This document shows positions 17,577 to 25,772 of a DNA stretch of 64,000 bases, piece by piece; position 1 is the first letter of the stretch; each line of letters opens with the position of its first letter. Location of the stretch: contig MTND01000009.1 of NCBI GenBank assembly GCA_002010305.1, forward strand, positions 18,805-82,804, in the 5' to 3' direction. Both the position numbers and the translations under genes were made by a program. The notes beneath the pieces are model-generated. The model ran no database searches. It worked only from the letters and a program-made list of their open reading frames with translations, and was not told where the DNA came from. This stretch comes from Archaeoglobi archaeon JdFR-42. Its GTDB lineage: Archaea; Halobacteriota; Archaeoglobi; Archaeoglobales; JdFR-42.

Positions 17577-18770
17577 CTATTCTTTTTCCCTTACTTTTTC
17601 TGCAAAACTCTTTCCAAACTCAATACATTGCTGTATCTCGTCTTCTGTAGGAGTATACCTGAATATGAGCCCTGAATCAACTACCTCTATACCCCCCTCT
17701 CTTAACATTTCTTCAGCTTTTTTTACTCCCTCTCCACTCCATCCGTATGAGCCAAACACAGATGCTATTTTGTTAATAGGCTTAAGCCCCTTCATGTACG
17801 TCAAAAATCCCGCCACACTAGGATACAACTCCCGGTTCAAGGTAGGAGTACCTACAAGAATGCCTTTAGCCAGCATTATTTCCTTCATAATCCAGCTCCA
17901 GTCAGAATGTTTGAGGAGATATATCTCGTAATCCATTTTTTCTTCCTCGAGACCTTTCGCTATAGCCCACGCCATTTTTTCTGTACTTTCCCACATAGTA
18001 TCATAAACTATAATTACCTTATCTGCTGCCATTCCACTGCTCCATTTCCCATATAAATCCAAGATTTTTTCTACACCATTTCTCCATATCAGTCCGTGGC
18101 TGGGAGCTATCATTTTAATGGATATGTTCTGCTCTTTCAAATATTTCAGGACTTTCTGGACTTGTTTCGAATACAGCATGATTATGTTGGCATAATACTT
18201 GGCAGCTTCATCATAGGGATCTACGAAGCTAATTTCATCTGCAAATCTTTCCGAAGAAGCGATATGCTGGCCGAATCCGTCGTTGGGAAACAGAATTTCA
18301 TCCTCAACTAGATACGTGAACATGGTATCAGGCCAGTGAACCATGGGCGTTTCAATAAATTTGAAGGTTTTATTCCCGATTGAGAGCTCATCCCCAGTTT
18401 TTACTACATTGATGCTCCATTCATCACTGTAGATTCTCTCAATAACATCTCTTGCTCTTTTTGTGCAAAAGATTTCCCCATCTACTCTTTCCATCAAATA
18501 AGGGAGAGAGCTTGAATGATCATACTCTATATGATTCACAATCACATAATCTATTTTATCAAAATCTGTGACACTCTCTATCCTTCTGAGATACACATCC
18601 TTGAATTTCCAGTAAACTGTATCTATCAGGGCTGTTTTTTTGTCACTGACTAAATATGCATTATAGGTTGTTCCATAGGGGGTGTTGTAGCCATGAAAAT
18701 CCCTAACATTCCAATCTACAGTTCCAACCCAGTATACATTATCCGTCAGATTTATCAGTTTCATATCCAT
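17577..18770 (-). CDS. fprA: flavodiiron protein (FprA / rubredoxin:oxygen oxidoreductase family)
   Basis: N-terminal metallo-beta-lactamase-like domain (NHIEYDHSS, HWPDTMF) plus a C-terminal flavodoxin domain (IIVYDTMWESTEKMA, GSYGWSGEG). Confidence 0.85.
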   Translation of the reverse strand: MDMKLINLTDNVYWVGTVDWNVRDFHGYNTPYGTTYNAYLVSDKKTALIDTVYWKFKDVYLRRIESVTDFDKIDYVIVNHIEYDHSSSLPYLMERVDGEIFCTKRARDVIERIYSDEWSINVVKTGDELSIGNKTFKFIETPMVHWPDTMFTYLVEDEILFPNDGFGQHIASSERFADEISFVDPYDEAAKYYANIIMLYSKQVQKVLKYLKEQNISIKMIAPSHGLIWRNGVEKILDLYGKWSSGMAADKVIIVYDTMWESTEKMAWAIAKGLEEEKMDYEIYLLKHSDWSWIMKEIMLAKGILVGTPTLNRELYPSVAGFLTYMKGLKPINKIASVFGSYGWSGEGVKKAEEMLREGGIEVVDSGLIFRYTPTEDEIQQCIEFGKSFAEKVREKE

Positions 18771-18784
18771 CCCCTTCTAGACAG

Positions 18785-19291
18785 CTATTGTGAGACTTCA
18801 AGAGAGAACTCAGGAATATCAAACCAGAATCCGGTATTTCGAATATAATCAAGCTCTGATTGGATAAGAAGGTAATGAGAGAGTTCCATCTCTCCAAGCT
18901 TTTCCAGAATTTTTCTAGCAACAGGGTCTTTAACTTTTTCCTTTTGTTCCCTGTAAAACCTCATAGACCGTTCTTCCTGCTCAAGAGCCATCTCAAGGGC
19001 ATCAATCTCTTGCATACCAGATTTTCCTTTCTTTTTCTGAATTGAATCGAGCACTGGTATCAGCTTTTCTACCTCAGATTCGGGTATATCTACTTTCTCC
19101 CATCCCTTTTTCTCCCTGATATTATTCAGTTCTTTTTCAAGAATTTCCATATGAGCAAATTCATCTTTTGCGAGAGAGATAAACATATTTTTCCCAGTGA
19201 TATCTCTGGATTTTCTTGCAAATTCCAGATAACTCTTCAACCCGGCCTTCTCCACTTTAATGGCAAATTCAAGGGCCTCAACATCATCCAT
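18785..19291 (-). CDS. rubrerythrin-family diiron protein without a rubredoxin domain
   Basis: Four-helix-bundle pattern with two ExxH motifs (EFAHMEIL, EMELSHYLL) and paired Glu (EKAGLKSY, EQEERSMRFY). Confidence 0.7.
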   Translation of the reverse strand: MDDVEALEFAIKVEKAGLKSYLEFARKSRDITGKNMFISLAKDEFAHMEILEKELNNIREKKGWEKVDIPESEVEKLIPVLDSIQKKKGKSGMQEIDALEMALEQEERSMRFYREQKEKVKDPVARKILEKLGEMELSHYLLIQSELDYIRNTGFWFDIPEFSLEVSQ

Positions 19292-19327
19292 AGCAATCCC
19301 TTCATTTATTCCTTATTAAACTTCGTA

Positions 19328-19492
19328 TTAGATTTTCTCAAAATCTTCCTTTGAAGCTCCACATACCGGACAAACCCAGTCTTCTGGGAGTTCCTCCCAT
19401 TTGGTCCCGGCAGGTATATCATTCTCCTGATCTCCTTCTGCTTCATCATATATATACCCACATACCGTACATTGATACCTTGCCATTTTCAT
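19328..19492 (-). CDS. rub: rubredoxin
   Basis: Not in the ORF track (54 aa). Hand translation gives [54 protein letters not shown], with CxxCG ... CPxCG motifs. The start ATG overlaps the upstream stop (ATGA at 19489-19492). Confidence 0.85.
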   Translation of the reverse strand: MKMARYQCTVCGYIYDEAEGDQENDIPAGTKWEELPEDWVCPVCGASKEDFEKI

Positions 19493-19905
19493 CCCTCCAG
19501 TAACGCGCTTAATTCAGCATCATGCTTTTCTTCTTCAGATAAAATCCCTTCAAGGAGATTTTTTGTCACCACATCCCCCACATCTTCAGCCAGTTTTATA
19601 TGATTTCTGTATATATTAATGGCACCCCTTTCAGCATCGAGATCATCCTTTATCATTTCCTTAAGGGTCCCACCAACTTGGATTTCAGCCGCTTCACTGA
19701 CTGGAGAGCCACCTAGGTATCGGATTCGCTCCGCCAGTTGCTCTGCATGCATCATTTCCTGAATGGCAAATTTCCTAAAAAGTCCACTTACATCCAAGCC
19801 CCCAATGCCGATAGCCATCACACTGTGCCACATGTATTGCACAATGGATGCGAGTTCAAGTGAAAGATCCCTGTTCAGGGCCTCAATCAGCTCTTCTTTC
19901 CCCAA
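19489..19905 (-). CDS. ferritin-like / Dps-like diiron protein
   Basis: 138 aa. [24 protein letters not shown] and EEEKHDAEL fit ferritin-like ligand spacing. Confidence 0.65.
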   Translation of the reverse strand: MGKEELIEALNRDLSLELASIVQYMWHSVMAIGIGGLDVSGLFRKFAIQEMMHAEQLAERIRYLGGSPVSEAAEIQVGGTLKEMIKDDLDAERGAINIYRNHIKLAEDVGDVVTKNLLEGILSEEEKHDAELSALLEG

Positions 19906-19914
19906 AAAGATCCC

Positions 19915-20289
19915 TCACTCCACTCTTATTGATTTCGTCCCTTCCCAGACACCATGGAGATTGCATCTGGCAAGAGCTCTGAGAGGGAAATCATCATGAG
20001 GGTGATTAAGAGTGATCCGGATTACAAGCTTTGGATCGGAGAAAACCGGCGTTAAATCAAGTCTAACCAAGAAAGTGTCTCCATGCCACAGTTCAATCCA
20101 TTGAAAATGATGACCAGCTTCATTGGGATGGGCGAGTAATTTTCCCACCTCTACTTCAACTTCAAACGATTCTCCAGCTTTAACAGCATCTGGAGCTTCT
20201 ATAACAGGAGTGTGCTTTTTCTCGAGATCTGACATTTCTTTAGATTGGGCTTTTTTTATCCCACAAAACAGGTCCTCTTCACAACCCAT
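19915..20289 (-). CDS. sor: superoxide reductase (1Fe-SOR, neelaredoxin type)
   Basis: EKKHTPVIEAP, HPNEAGHHFQWIEL and CNLHGVW give the complete His4-Cys plus Glu ligand set. Confidence 0.85.
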   Translation of the reverse strand: MGCEEDLFCGIKKAQSKEMSDLEKKHTPVIEAPDAVKAGESFEVEVEVGKLLAHPNEAGHHFQWIELWHGDTFLVRLDLTPVFSDPKLVIRITLNHPHDDFPLRALARCNLHGVWEGTKSIRVE

Positions 20290-20353
20290 GATAATCCCTC
20301 ATATATACACGGCAGTGGATTTATTTTTCATCTAAACTATAAAAAAATGTTGG

Positions 20354-20476
20354 TTATCTAACGAGGGCCATATCTTCTTTGCAACACACCAGCGTGCCTC
20401 CACCAACTTTGGTAACAACGACTTCATTTCCACATACATTACATCTATATTTTTCACCTACTTTTTTAACAGGCAT
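20354..20476 (-). CDS. desulforedoxin (stand-alone Dx domain)
   Basis: Not in the ORF track (40 aa). Hand translation gives MPVKKVGEKYRCNVCGNEVVVTKVGGGTLVCCKEDMALVR, with CxxC ... GGGTLVCC as in the Dx domain of 2Fe-SOR. Confidence 0.75.
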   Translation of the reverse strand: MPVKKVGEKYRCNVCGNEVVVTKVGGGTLVCCKEDMALVR

Positions 20477-20506
20477 TGTATCACCTCAAAAACCTTTAAA
20501 AGATGT

Positions 20507-20674
20507 TTAAACCTGTTCAATAGATTTTATGGCTTTTTTTAAATAGATGTCTTTTTTAGCTTCAACTTTCATCTGGAAGTTTGCCACTACACCGCATCCA
20601 AGATATACATCTTCAATCTCGAAGATTTCATTGGAAAAGACTGATGTCGAATTGTTCTCCATCATTTCTATCAT
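20507..20674 (-). CDS. small hypothetical protein (55-57 aa)
   Basis: Hand-found ORF (M)IEMMENNSTSVFSNEIFEIEDVYLGCGVVANFQMKVEAKKDIYLKKAIKSIEQV. AAGGAGA lies 6 nt before the ATG at 20674. It would be the first gene of the ROS-defence run. Confidence 0.3.
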   Translation of the reverse strand: MIEMMENNSTSVFSNEIFEIEDVYLGCGVVANFQMKVEAKKDIYLKKAIKSIEQV

Positions 20675-20808
20675 ATACATTCTCCTTTTCAGTTCGTAAT
20701 TGTTATTATACGATAAAGATATTTAAACGTTTTTAATCTATATTAGACTAAAATTACAGATATTAGAAAAAATTATATCGAATAACGTACCAATACATAA
20801 CGACTCAC

Positions 20809-21240
20809 ATGGCTTATGTCGACTCAAAAAATATGAAGATTCTTGAAATACTGCATAAAGATGCTCGAACTCCCAATACCGAGATAGCGAGAGAGATTGG
20901 TATCAGCGAGGCTGCTGTCAGAAAGAGGATCAAAAAACTAGAAGCTCAGGGCATTATAACACGATATACTATCGAAGTGAATCCAGAAAAGATTGGATTC
21001 AGCAGTATCTCCCTTACAGGAATAGATACCGAACCAGGGCTTTTTATGAGCATAGTACAGCAAATCCGTTCTATGGAAGAGGTGAGAGCTATGTATCTGA
21101 CTTCTGGAGACCATATGATAATGGCGGAGATTTGGGGTAAAAATGGTATGGACCTGAGTAAAATTCTCACAGAAAAAATTGGGAAGCTTAAAGGGGTCAA
21201 AAAGGTTTGTCCTGCAATAATACTAGAAAAAATTAAATAA
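20809..21240 (+). CDS. Lrp/AsnC family transcriptional regulator
   Basis: An N-terminal HTH (ILEILHKDARTPNTEIAREIGISEAAVRKRIKKLE) plus a RAM domain. Confidence 0.85.
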   Translation: MAYVDSKNMKILEILHKDARTPNTEIAREIGISEAAVRKRIKKLEAQGIITRYTIEVNPEKIGFSSISLTGIDTEPGLFMSIVQQIRSMEEVRAMYLTSGDHMIMAEIWGKNGMDLSKILTEKIGKLKGVKKVCPAIILEKIK

Positions 21241-21297
21241 GCATTGGTGTCAGCAAAAATATTTAAATCAGCTTGATGAAATTGACTCGGTGAATGT

Positions 21298-21735
21298 ATG
21301 CTCACGATTGAGGGATTTGAATTCGATATAAAACGGTATTATACGAGAGATCACATCTGGGCCCTAGTGGAAGGTTCAGTTGTTCGTGCTGGAATGGATG
21401 ACTATGGAGTCAAAGGTCTTGGAAACATTGAATATCTGGAGCTTCCAGAAGTCGGAGATGAGTTTAAACAGGGAGAAGCTTTTGGATCGGTGGAATCAGA
21501 GAAATGGGTCGGTCAGTTTACCATGCCTGTAAGTGGTAGAATTGTTGAAGTGAACAGAGAGGTGGAAGATGATTTCGATCTTCTGATAGAAAGTCCATAC
21601 GAAGATGGATGGCTCGTGGTTATAGACCCTTCAAATCTGGAAGAAGAACTTGAAAATGATTTTCTCATATATGGTGAGGCTGCAATAAAGAAATGGATGG
21701 CTGAAGAATTGAAAAGAGACGATGAGCACTCATAA
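21298..21735 (+). CDS. glycine cleavage system H-like lipoyl-carrier protein
   Basis: YTRDHIWA ... GSVESEKWVGQF (E-S-x-K lipoyl-lysine context). No other gcv genes are nearby. Confidence 0.7.
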   Translation: MLTIEGFEFDIKRYYTRDHIWALVEGSVVRAGMDDYGVKGLGNIEYLELPEVGDEFKQGEAFGSVESEKWVGQFTMPVSGRIVEVNREVEDDFDLLIESPYEDGWLVVIDPSNLEEELENDFLIYGEAAIKKWMAEELKRDDEHS

Positions 21736-21944
21736 CATTTTGTCTATTCACTGGAATAACTGGGTTCAGATTTTCAAAAGGTGCAACTACTGGAGAAGTA
21801 AATTACTGGAATTTTCAGGGGGAAAAAGAGAGTTGCGTTTTTAAAGGAATAAAACTGCTCTGAAAAACCTCAAATACTACACCAGTTGTATGGAATCAGG
21901 ATACCCACATACCCTGTAGAAATGTTCTGTTAGTTGACGAGAGC

Positions 21945-22502
21945 TCAAACTCTTTTTTTCGATGTTCCATGGACGATGGCAGTAGCAACTAGATGGGCGA
22001 GGCGAAGAGATTCAGGAATATTACCTCTGTTTCTGGAGAGTGAAATCAGTTCCAGAGCATCTTGTTTATCGATACCGGTAAACTGAGCAAAGAGTCCTTT
22101 TTCAATTGCGTGAATTTTTCCAGCCTTTTTAATTATATTAAGTCTCTCTTTCCAGTTATCCAGATTTTTCAGGGCTTTTATGACCTCATCCATATCTGGC
22201 TGTTTTCTCATCAGAACCATTACGGGAATATTCAGCTTTTCGTAGAGTTCTTGAATATCAATAACATTAAAGCCTCCCACAGTGATCCCTTTCAAAAAAA
22301 TCCCTTTTACCTGTTCCAGATATGGTGATTCCACCATCATGGACACAATAGTTGAAGTAGCATCCATTCCATCCACTTCAAAGGTACGGATCATAAAGGC
22401 TTCTGGATAGACTCCACTACAGACACAACCCACCATATATCCTGTTTCAGAAGAAAAACTGTCGTCGAAACCGGCAGTTCTCACAAAAAGTTTAAACTTC
22501 AT
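21945..22502 (-). CDS. DUF99/UPF0215 family protein (endonuclease V-like fold)
   Basis: 185 aa with VRTAGFDDSF near the N-terminus. Conserved position next to rpoL/csl4. Confidence 0.6.
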   Translation of the reverse strand: MKFKLFVRTAGFDDSFSSETGYMVGCVCSGVYPEAFMIRTFEVDGMDATSTIVSMMVESPYLEQVKGIFLKGITVGGFNVIDIQELYEKLNIPVMVLMRKQPDMDEVIKALKNLDNWKERLNIIKKAGKIHAIEKGLFAQFTGIDKQDALELISLSRNRGNIPESLRLAHLVATAIVHGTSKKRV

Positions 22503-22755
22503 TTAGCTGTGTAATGAGATGGTCGCAATCTTCCAGTATCTTCTTCCCAGCTTTAATTACAGATTTAACAGGATTTTCTCCAATTATCTCAAGAATTGGC
22601 TCACCAACCAAGGGATGGGGAGTGTTGTATTTTGCCATCTCTACAGAATCATCTTTAAGGAGATAATGCACCAAAAGGTTCAGCACTGTGTGGTTTTCTC
22701 CTCGGATTTCAAGTTTCAAACTGTCTTTGCTGATATTCAGTACCTTAACCTCCAT
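22492..22755 (-). CDS. rpoL: DNA-directed RNA polymerase subunit L (Rpo11)
   Basis: 87 aa. LEIRGENHTVLNLLVHYLLKD ... YNTPHPL is characteristic of Rpo11. Confidence 0.8.
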   Translation of the reverse strand: MEVKVLNISKDSLKLEIRGENHTVLNLLVHYLLKDDSVEMAKYNTPHPLVGEPILEIIGENPVKSVIKAGKKILEDCDHLITQLNEV

Positions 22756-22764
22756 TACATCACC

Positions 22765-23325
22765 TCATATCGCACCTGATCCATAATCCACAGATAGTTT
22801 TCTCCTTTCTATTCTCCCACATGAAGGACATATAAGCTTACTACCTTTCCGGGTCAATACAACTTTACAGTTGCGGCATATGGCGTGAATAACCCCGAGA
22901 TTATCCTCTGCTATGGTTAACTGAAGTGAATTTTCATCCAGAACCCTTGCCTTGATGACATCAAAGTGTTTGAGTTCATCATCAATCTGAGAAACATATT
23001 CTTTTTTTATGTTGGAGATGTGCAATGCTGCCAGCCCTATATTCGCAAGTTCCCTATCCTCTGATCCCTTTTTCCTTGCAATTTCAACTACTGCTATGGA
23101 ATTCTTGATATCCACTATTCTTCCTACAATCACATCTCCTTTTCTTAAAAGGGGCACCGGGTTGGTCTTTGGTTCTACAGAGACGGTCTTGTCCTTTCCT
23201 ACCGCAACCTCTCCCGCAACACATGCAAAAATCTTCCCACGCTCTTCATATACTCCATAACCCGGAATAAACTCTTCGGAGGTACCTATCAAGTCTCCAG
23301 GCAATACAATTTGACTTGCTTTCAT
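22765..23325 (-). CDS. csl4: exosome complex RNA-binding protein Csl4
   Basis: An S1-like domain plus a C-terminal zinc ribbon (CRNC ... CPSC). ATG at 23325; the ORF-track start at 23331 is TTG. Confidence 0.8.
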   Translation of the reverse strand: MKASQIVLPGDLIGTSEEFIPGYGVYEERGKIFACVAGEVAVGKDKTVSVEPKTNPVPLLRKGDVIVGRIVDIKNSIAVVEIARKKGSEDRELANIGLAALHISNIKKEYVSQIDDELKHFDVIKARVLDENSLQLTIAEDNLGVIHAICRNCKVVLTRKGSKLICPSCGRIERRKLSVDYGSGAI

Positions 23326-23367
23326 TTTCAAACCTTCTCAATTTCTTAATACACTAATTTACAATCT

Positions 23368-23407
23368 TGTCAATTCCTATTGACAATTTATAAAGCTTCG
23401 CTTTACA
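23368..23407. promoter_or_regulatory. composite double palindrome, inverted order: TGTCAATTCCTATTGACA + ATT + TATAAAGCTTCGCTTTACA
   Basis: Read directly. Same 18 + 3 + 19 nt architecture as the other copies. It overlaps the last 10 codons of the methyltransferase ORF and lies 43-82 nt upstream of the csl4 ATG. On the minus strand it carries GCTTTATAAA, a canonical TATA box. Confidence 0.6.
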
Positions 23408-23985
23408 ATCCTGTATACTTCCACATATATATACCCTACATCCTTGCGATGGAACTTATAAATTTTTTTCATAGGTATCTGAAAGTAGGCCACGTCTGTT
23501 ACCCTTGCTGGTTTCACATACTCCTTTATAAATTCTTCACTCCCCCTGCTGTGAATGCTGTATATTACCTTTCCAATCTCAAGGGCTTTATCCAAGAAGA
23601 TTCTGTCTGCATGTCGTTTTTGTATCCCAAAAGGTGGGTTCATCACCACTGTATCTGCGGTACCCTCAATATCTTCAACAGAACTGTGTATAAATTCAAT
23701 CTCAACTCCCAGTTTTTCAGCATTTCTTCTGGCTATCATAAGTGCTTTTGCATCCACATCAACTCCTATAACCTTCTTCGCACCTAGAAGTTTAGCCCCT
23801 ATGGCAAGGATACCATGTCCACATCCCAGATCATACACCACTCCTTTAAGATCTCCTTTGAGATAAGCTAGAAAGAGAAGCTCTGAAGCAAGAACTGGAG
23901 GGGTTGGATATTGTTCCAAAGATAGTTGAGGATTGTCGAACATTTCAAGACCTTCCAAAAGGATTTCCAGATCTTTCTTTTTCAT
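23377..23985 (-). CDS. SAM-dependent methyltransferase (METTL5-like)
   Basis: DLGCGHGILAI SAM-binding motif and the NPPFG catalytic motif. Confidence 0.75.
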   Translation of the reverse strand: MKKKDLEILLEGLEMFDNPQLSLEQYPTPPVLASELLFLAYLKGDLKGVVYDLGCGHGILAIGAKLLGAKKVIGVDVDAKALMIARRNAEKLGVEIEFIHSSVEDIEGTADTVVMNPPFGIQKRHADRIFLDKALEIGKVIYSIHSRGSEEFIKEYVKPARVTDVAYFQIPMKKIYKFHRKDVGYIYVEVYRIVKRSFINCQ

Positions 23986-23986
23986 A

Positions 23987-25384
23987 TCAGCTCAGTAACC
24001 CTAAATGTTTTTTTATCCCTTCTGCTGCAAGAATTCCAGTGCATCCCGCAGTTACAAGACTCCTACTCATTCCTGCTCCATCCCCAATGGTATACAATCC
24101 TTTCACATCTGTTTCAAAGTTCTCACCGACCTTAACTCTCATGGCAGAGAACTTGATTTCAGGGGCATAAATCAGGGTTGAGTCAGAAGCGACCCCTTCC
24201 ACCACTCTGTCCAGCATTTCTAGTCCTTCCAGTATATCAGTCACTATCCTATGGGGCAAAGCCATACTTATGTCTCCGGGTGTGACATCTCTCAGAGTGG
24301 GTTTCACATAACTTCTATTTATTCGACTCCAAGTACTTCTTCTTCCTCTTCGTAAATCTCCCAGTCTCTGTAAGAGGGGTTTTCCTCCACCGATGGTATT
24401 GGCCAGATGAGCAATGGAAAGACCATAAGCCGTGGTATTTTCAACTGGCTCTGTGAGATTTATCCTCACTAGAAATGCAAAATTAGTATTTTCGGATCTC
24501 TCTTCCATCATAGAATGGCCGTTAACTCCCACGACATCACTATAAGTGTCCTTTATCACAAATCCATAGGGGCATGTGCAAAAAGTTCGCACCATGTCAT
24601 CGTAACTCGGGGTATGCATCCTGAATTTTGGATCCCAGTTAATTTCCACTAGATCTTCGTACACAACAGCCGGAACCTCTACTCTCACCCCAATATCAAT
24701 TGGCATAAACTCCATAGTTAGCCCCAGATCTCTTGCCACCTGTTCCATCCATTCGGTTCCAGCCCTGCCAACACCAAGAATGACAAAATCAGCAGACATT
24801 ACATTGCCTTTCGAATCTTTCACCCCGGTTACCCTACCATTTTCAACAATCACTTCCTCAATCCTAGTGTTAAGCTTGAATTTTACTCCCTTTCTTTCAA
24901 GGTTTTTCTTGATTCTCTGGATAACCCGAGGTAATTTATCCGAGCCAATATGCCTCTGTTTTATCGGTATATACTCTATTCCGGCTCCTGCTGCTCTATG
25001 CACAAGTTCATCCCATCGGTTGTTATATTCATCCTGGTCTATTGTATCCGGGCAAAAAAGTTCTTCCACTTTGTTAAGGAGTTCCCATGCTTTTTCTTCA
25101 GAGACATGCTCCAGCAGGTTCCCGCCAATCTGGGGATGGAGATTGAGCTTCCCATCTGACATTCCCCCAGCTCCTCCCACCCCACAGATTACATCACATA
25201 TCTGGCAATCTGTACAAAGACCTGTTTCTATAATGTTGCAGTGTCTTCTAGATATATCCTTACCCATATCCACTATAACGATTTCCAGTCCTGAATCAGC
25301 CAGTTCATGGGCAGCAAAGAGTCCTGCAGGTCCTGCTCCAACGATGATGACCCGCTGCATAGCCTCCCCTAAAACTAAATCCAT
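23987..25384 (-). CDS. FAD-dependent oxidoreductase of unknown specificity
   Basis: VIIVGAGPAGLFAA dinucleotide-binding motif. 465 aa. Confidence 0.7.
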   Translation of the reverse strand: MDLVLGEAMQRVIIVGAGPAGLFAAHELADSGLEIVIVDMGKDISRRHCNIIETGLCTDCQICDVICGVGGAGGMSDGKLNLHPQIGGNLLEHVSEEKAWELLNKVEELFCPDTIDQDEYNNRWDELVHRAAGAGIEYIPIKQRHIGSDKLPRVIQRIKKNLERKGVKFKLNTRIEEVIVENGRVTGVKDSKGNVMSADFVILGVGRAGTEWMEQVARDLGLTMEFMPIDIGVRVEVPAVVYEDLVEINWDPKFRMHTPSYDDMVRTFCTCPYGFVIKDTYSDVVGVNGHSMMEERSENTNFAFLVRINLTEPVENTTAYGLSIAHLANTIGGGKPLLQRLGDLRRGRRSTWSRINRSYVKPTLRDVTPGDISMALPHRIVTDILEGLEMLDRVVEGVASDSTLIYAPEIKFSAMRVKVGENFETDVKGLYTIGDGAGMSRSLVTAGCTGILAAEGIKKHLGLLS

Positions 25385-25428
25385 CAGTCAAATAATGATT
25401 AAAAGAAGGAGATATTAAAGGTTTTCCT

Positions 25429-25743
25429 TCAGCCAAAGAGTGCTCCAAGACCTTCAATAGCCTCTTCTTCAGCTTTTTCTTCCTCTTCTTCCTCCTTCTC
25501 TTCTTCTTTCTCTTCTGCTTCCTCTTTCGTCGCTGGTGCTGCTGCTGGTGCTGTTGCTACCGGAGCGACTGCCGCTGTAGAAATTGCCTCTTCAATGTCC
25601 ACATCTTCCAATGCCGTAACCAGAGCTTTCACTCGTGCCTCTTCAGGCTCTACCCCGGCAGCCTGTAATACTGATTTGATCCCATCTTCATTCACTTCTT
25701 TTCCAGCGCTGTGAAGCAACAAAGCCGCATATACATATTCCAT
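25429..25743 (-). CDS. rpl12: 50S ribosomal stalk protein P1 (L12e)
   Basis: [11 protein letters not shown] start, an Ala/Pro hinge, and an acidic tail ending [11 protein letters not shown]. Confidence 0.9.
   Translation of the reverse strand: MEYVYAALLLHSAGKEVNEDGIKSVLQAAGVEPEEARVKALVTALEDVDIEEAISTAAVAPVATAPAAAPATKEEAEEKEEEKEEEEEEKAEEEAIEGLGALFG
25451..25523. repeat. 73-nt block identical to 25795..25867 (acidic-tail coding sequence of P1 and P0)
   Basis: Direct comparison of the two gene 3' regions. Confidence 0.85.
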
Positions 25744-25772
25744 TTTTCACACCTCTCCTTTATCTCATTAAC

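Noticed and set aside
24780-25418. 212-aa ORF antisense to the FAD oxidoreductase
   Set aside because: This is a shadow ORF. The sense frame has a dinucleotide-binding motif and consistent operon context.
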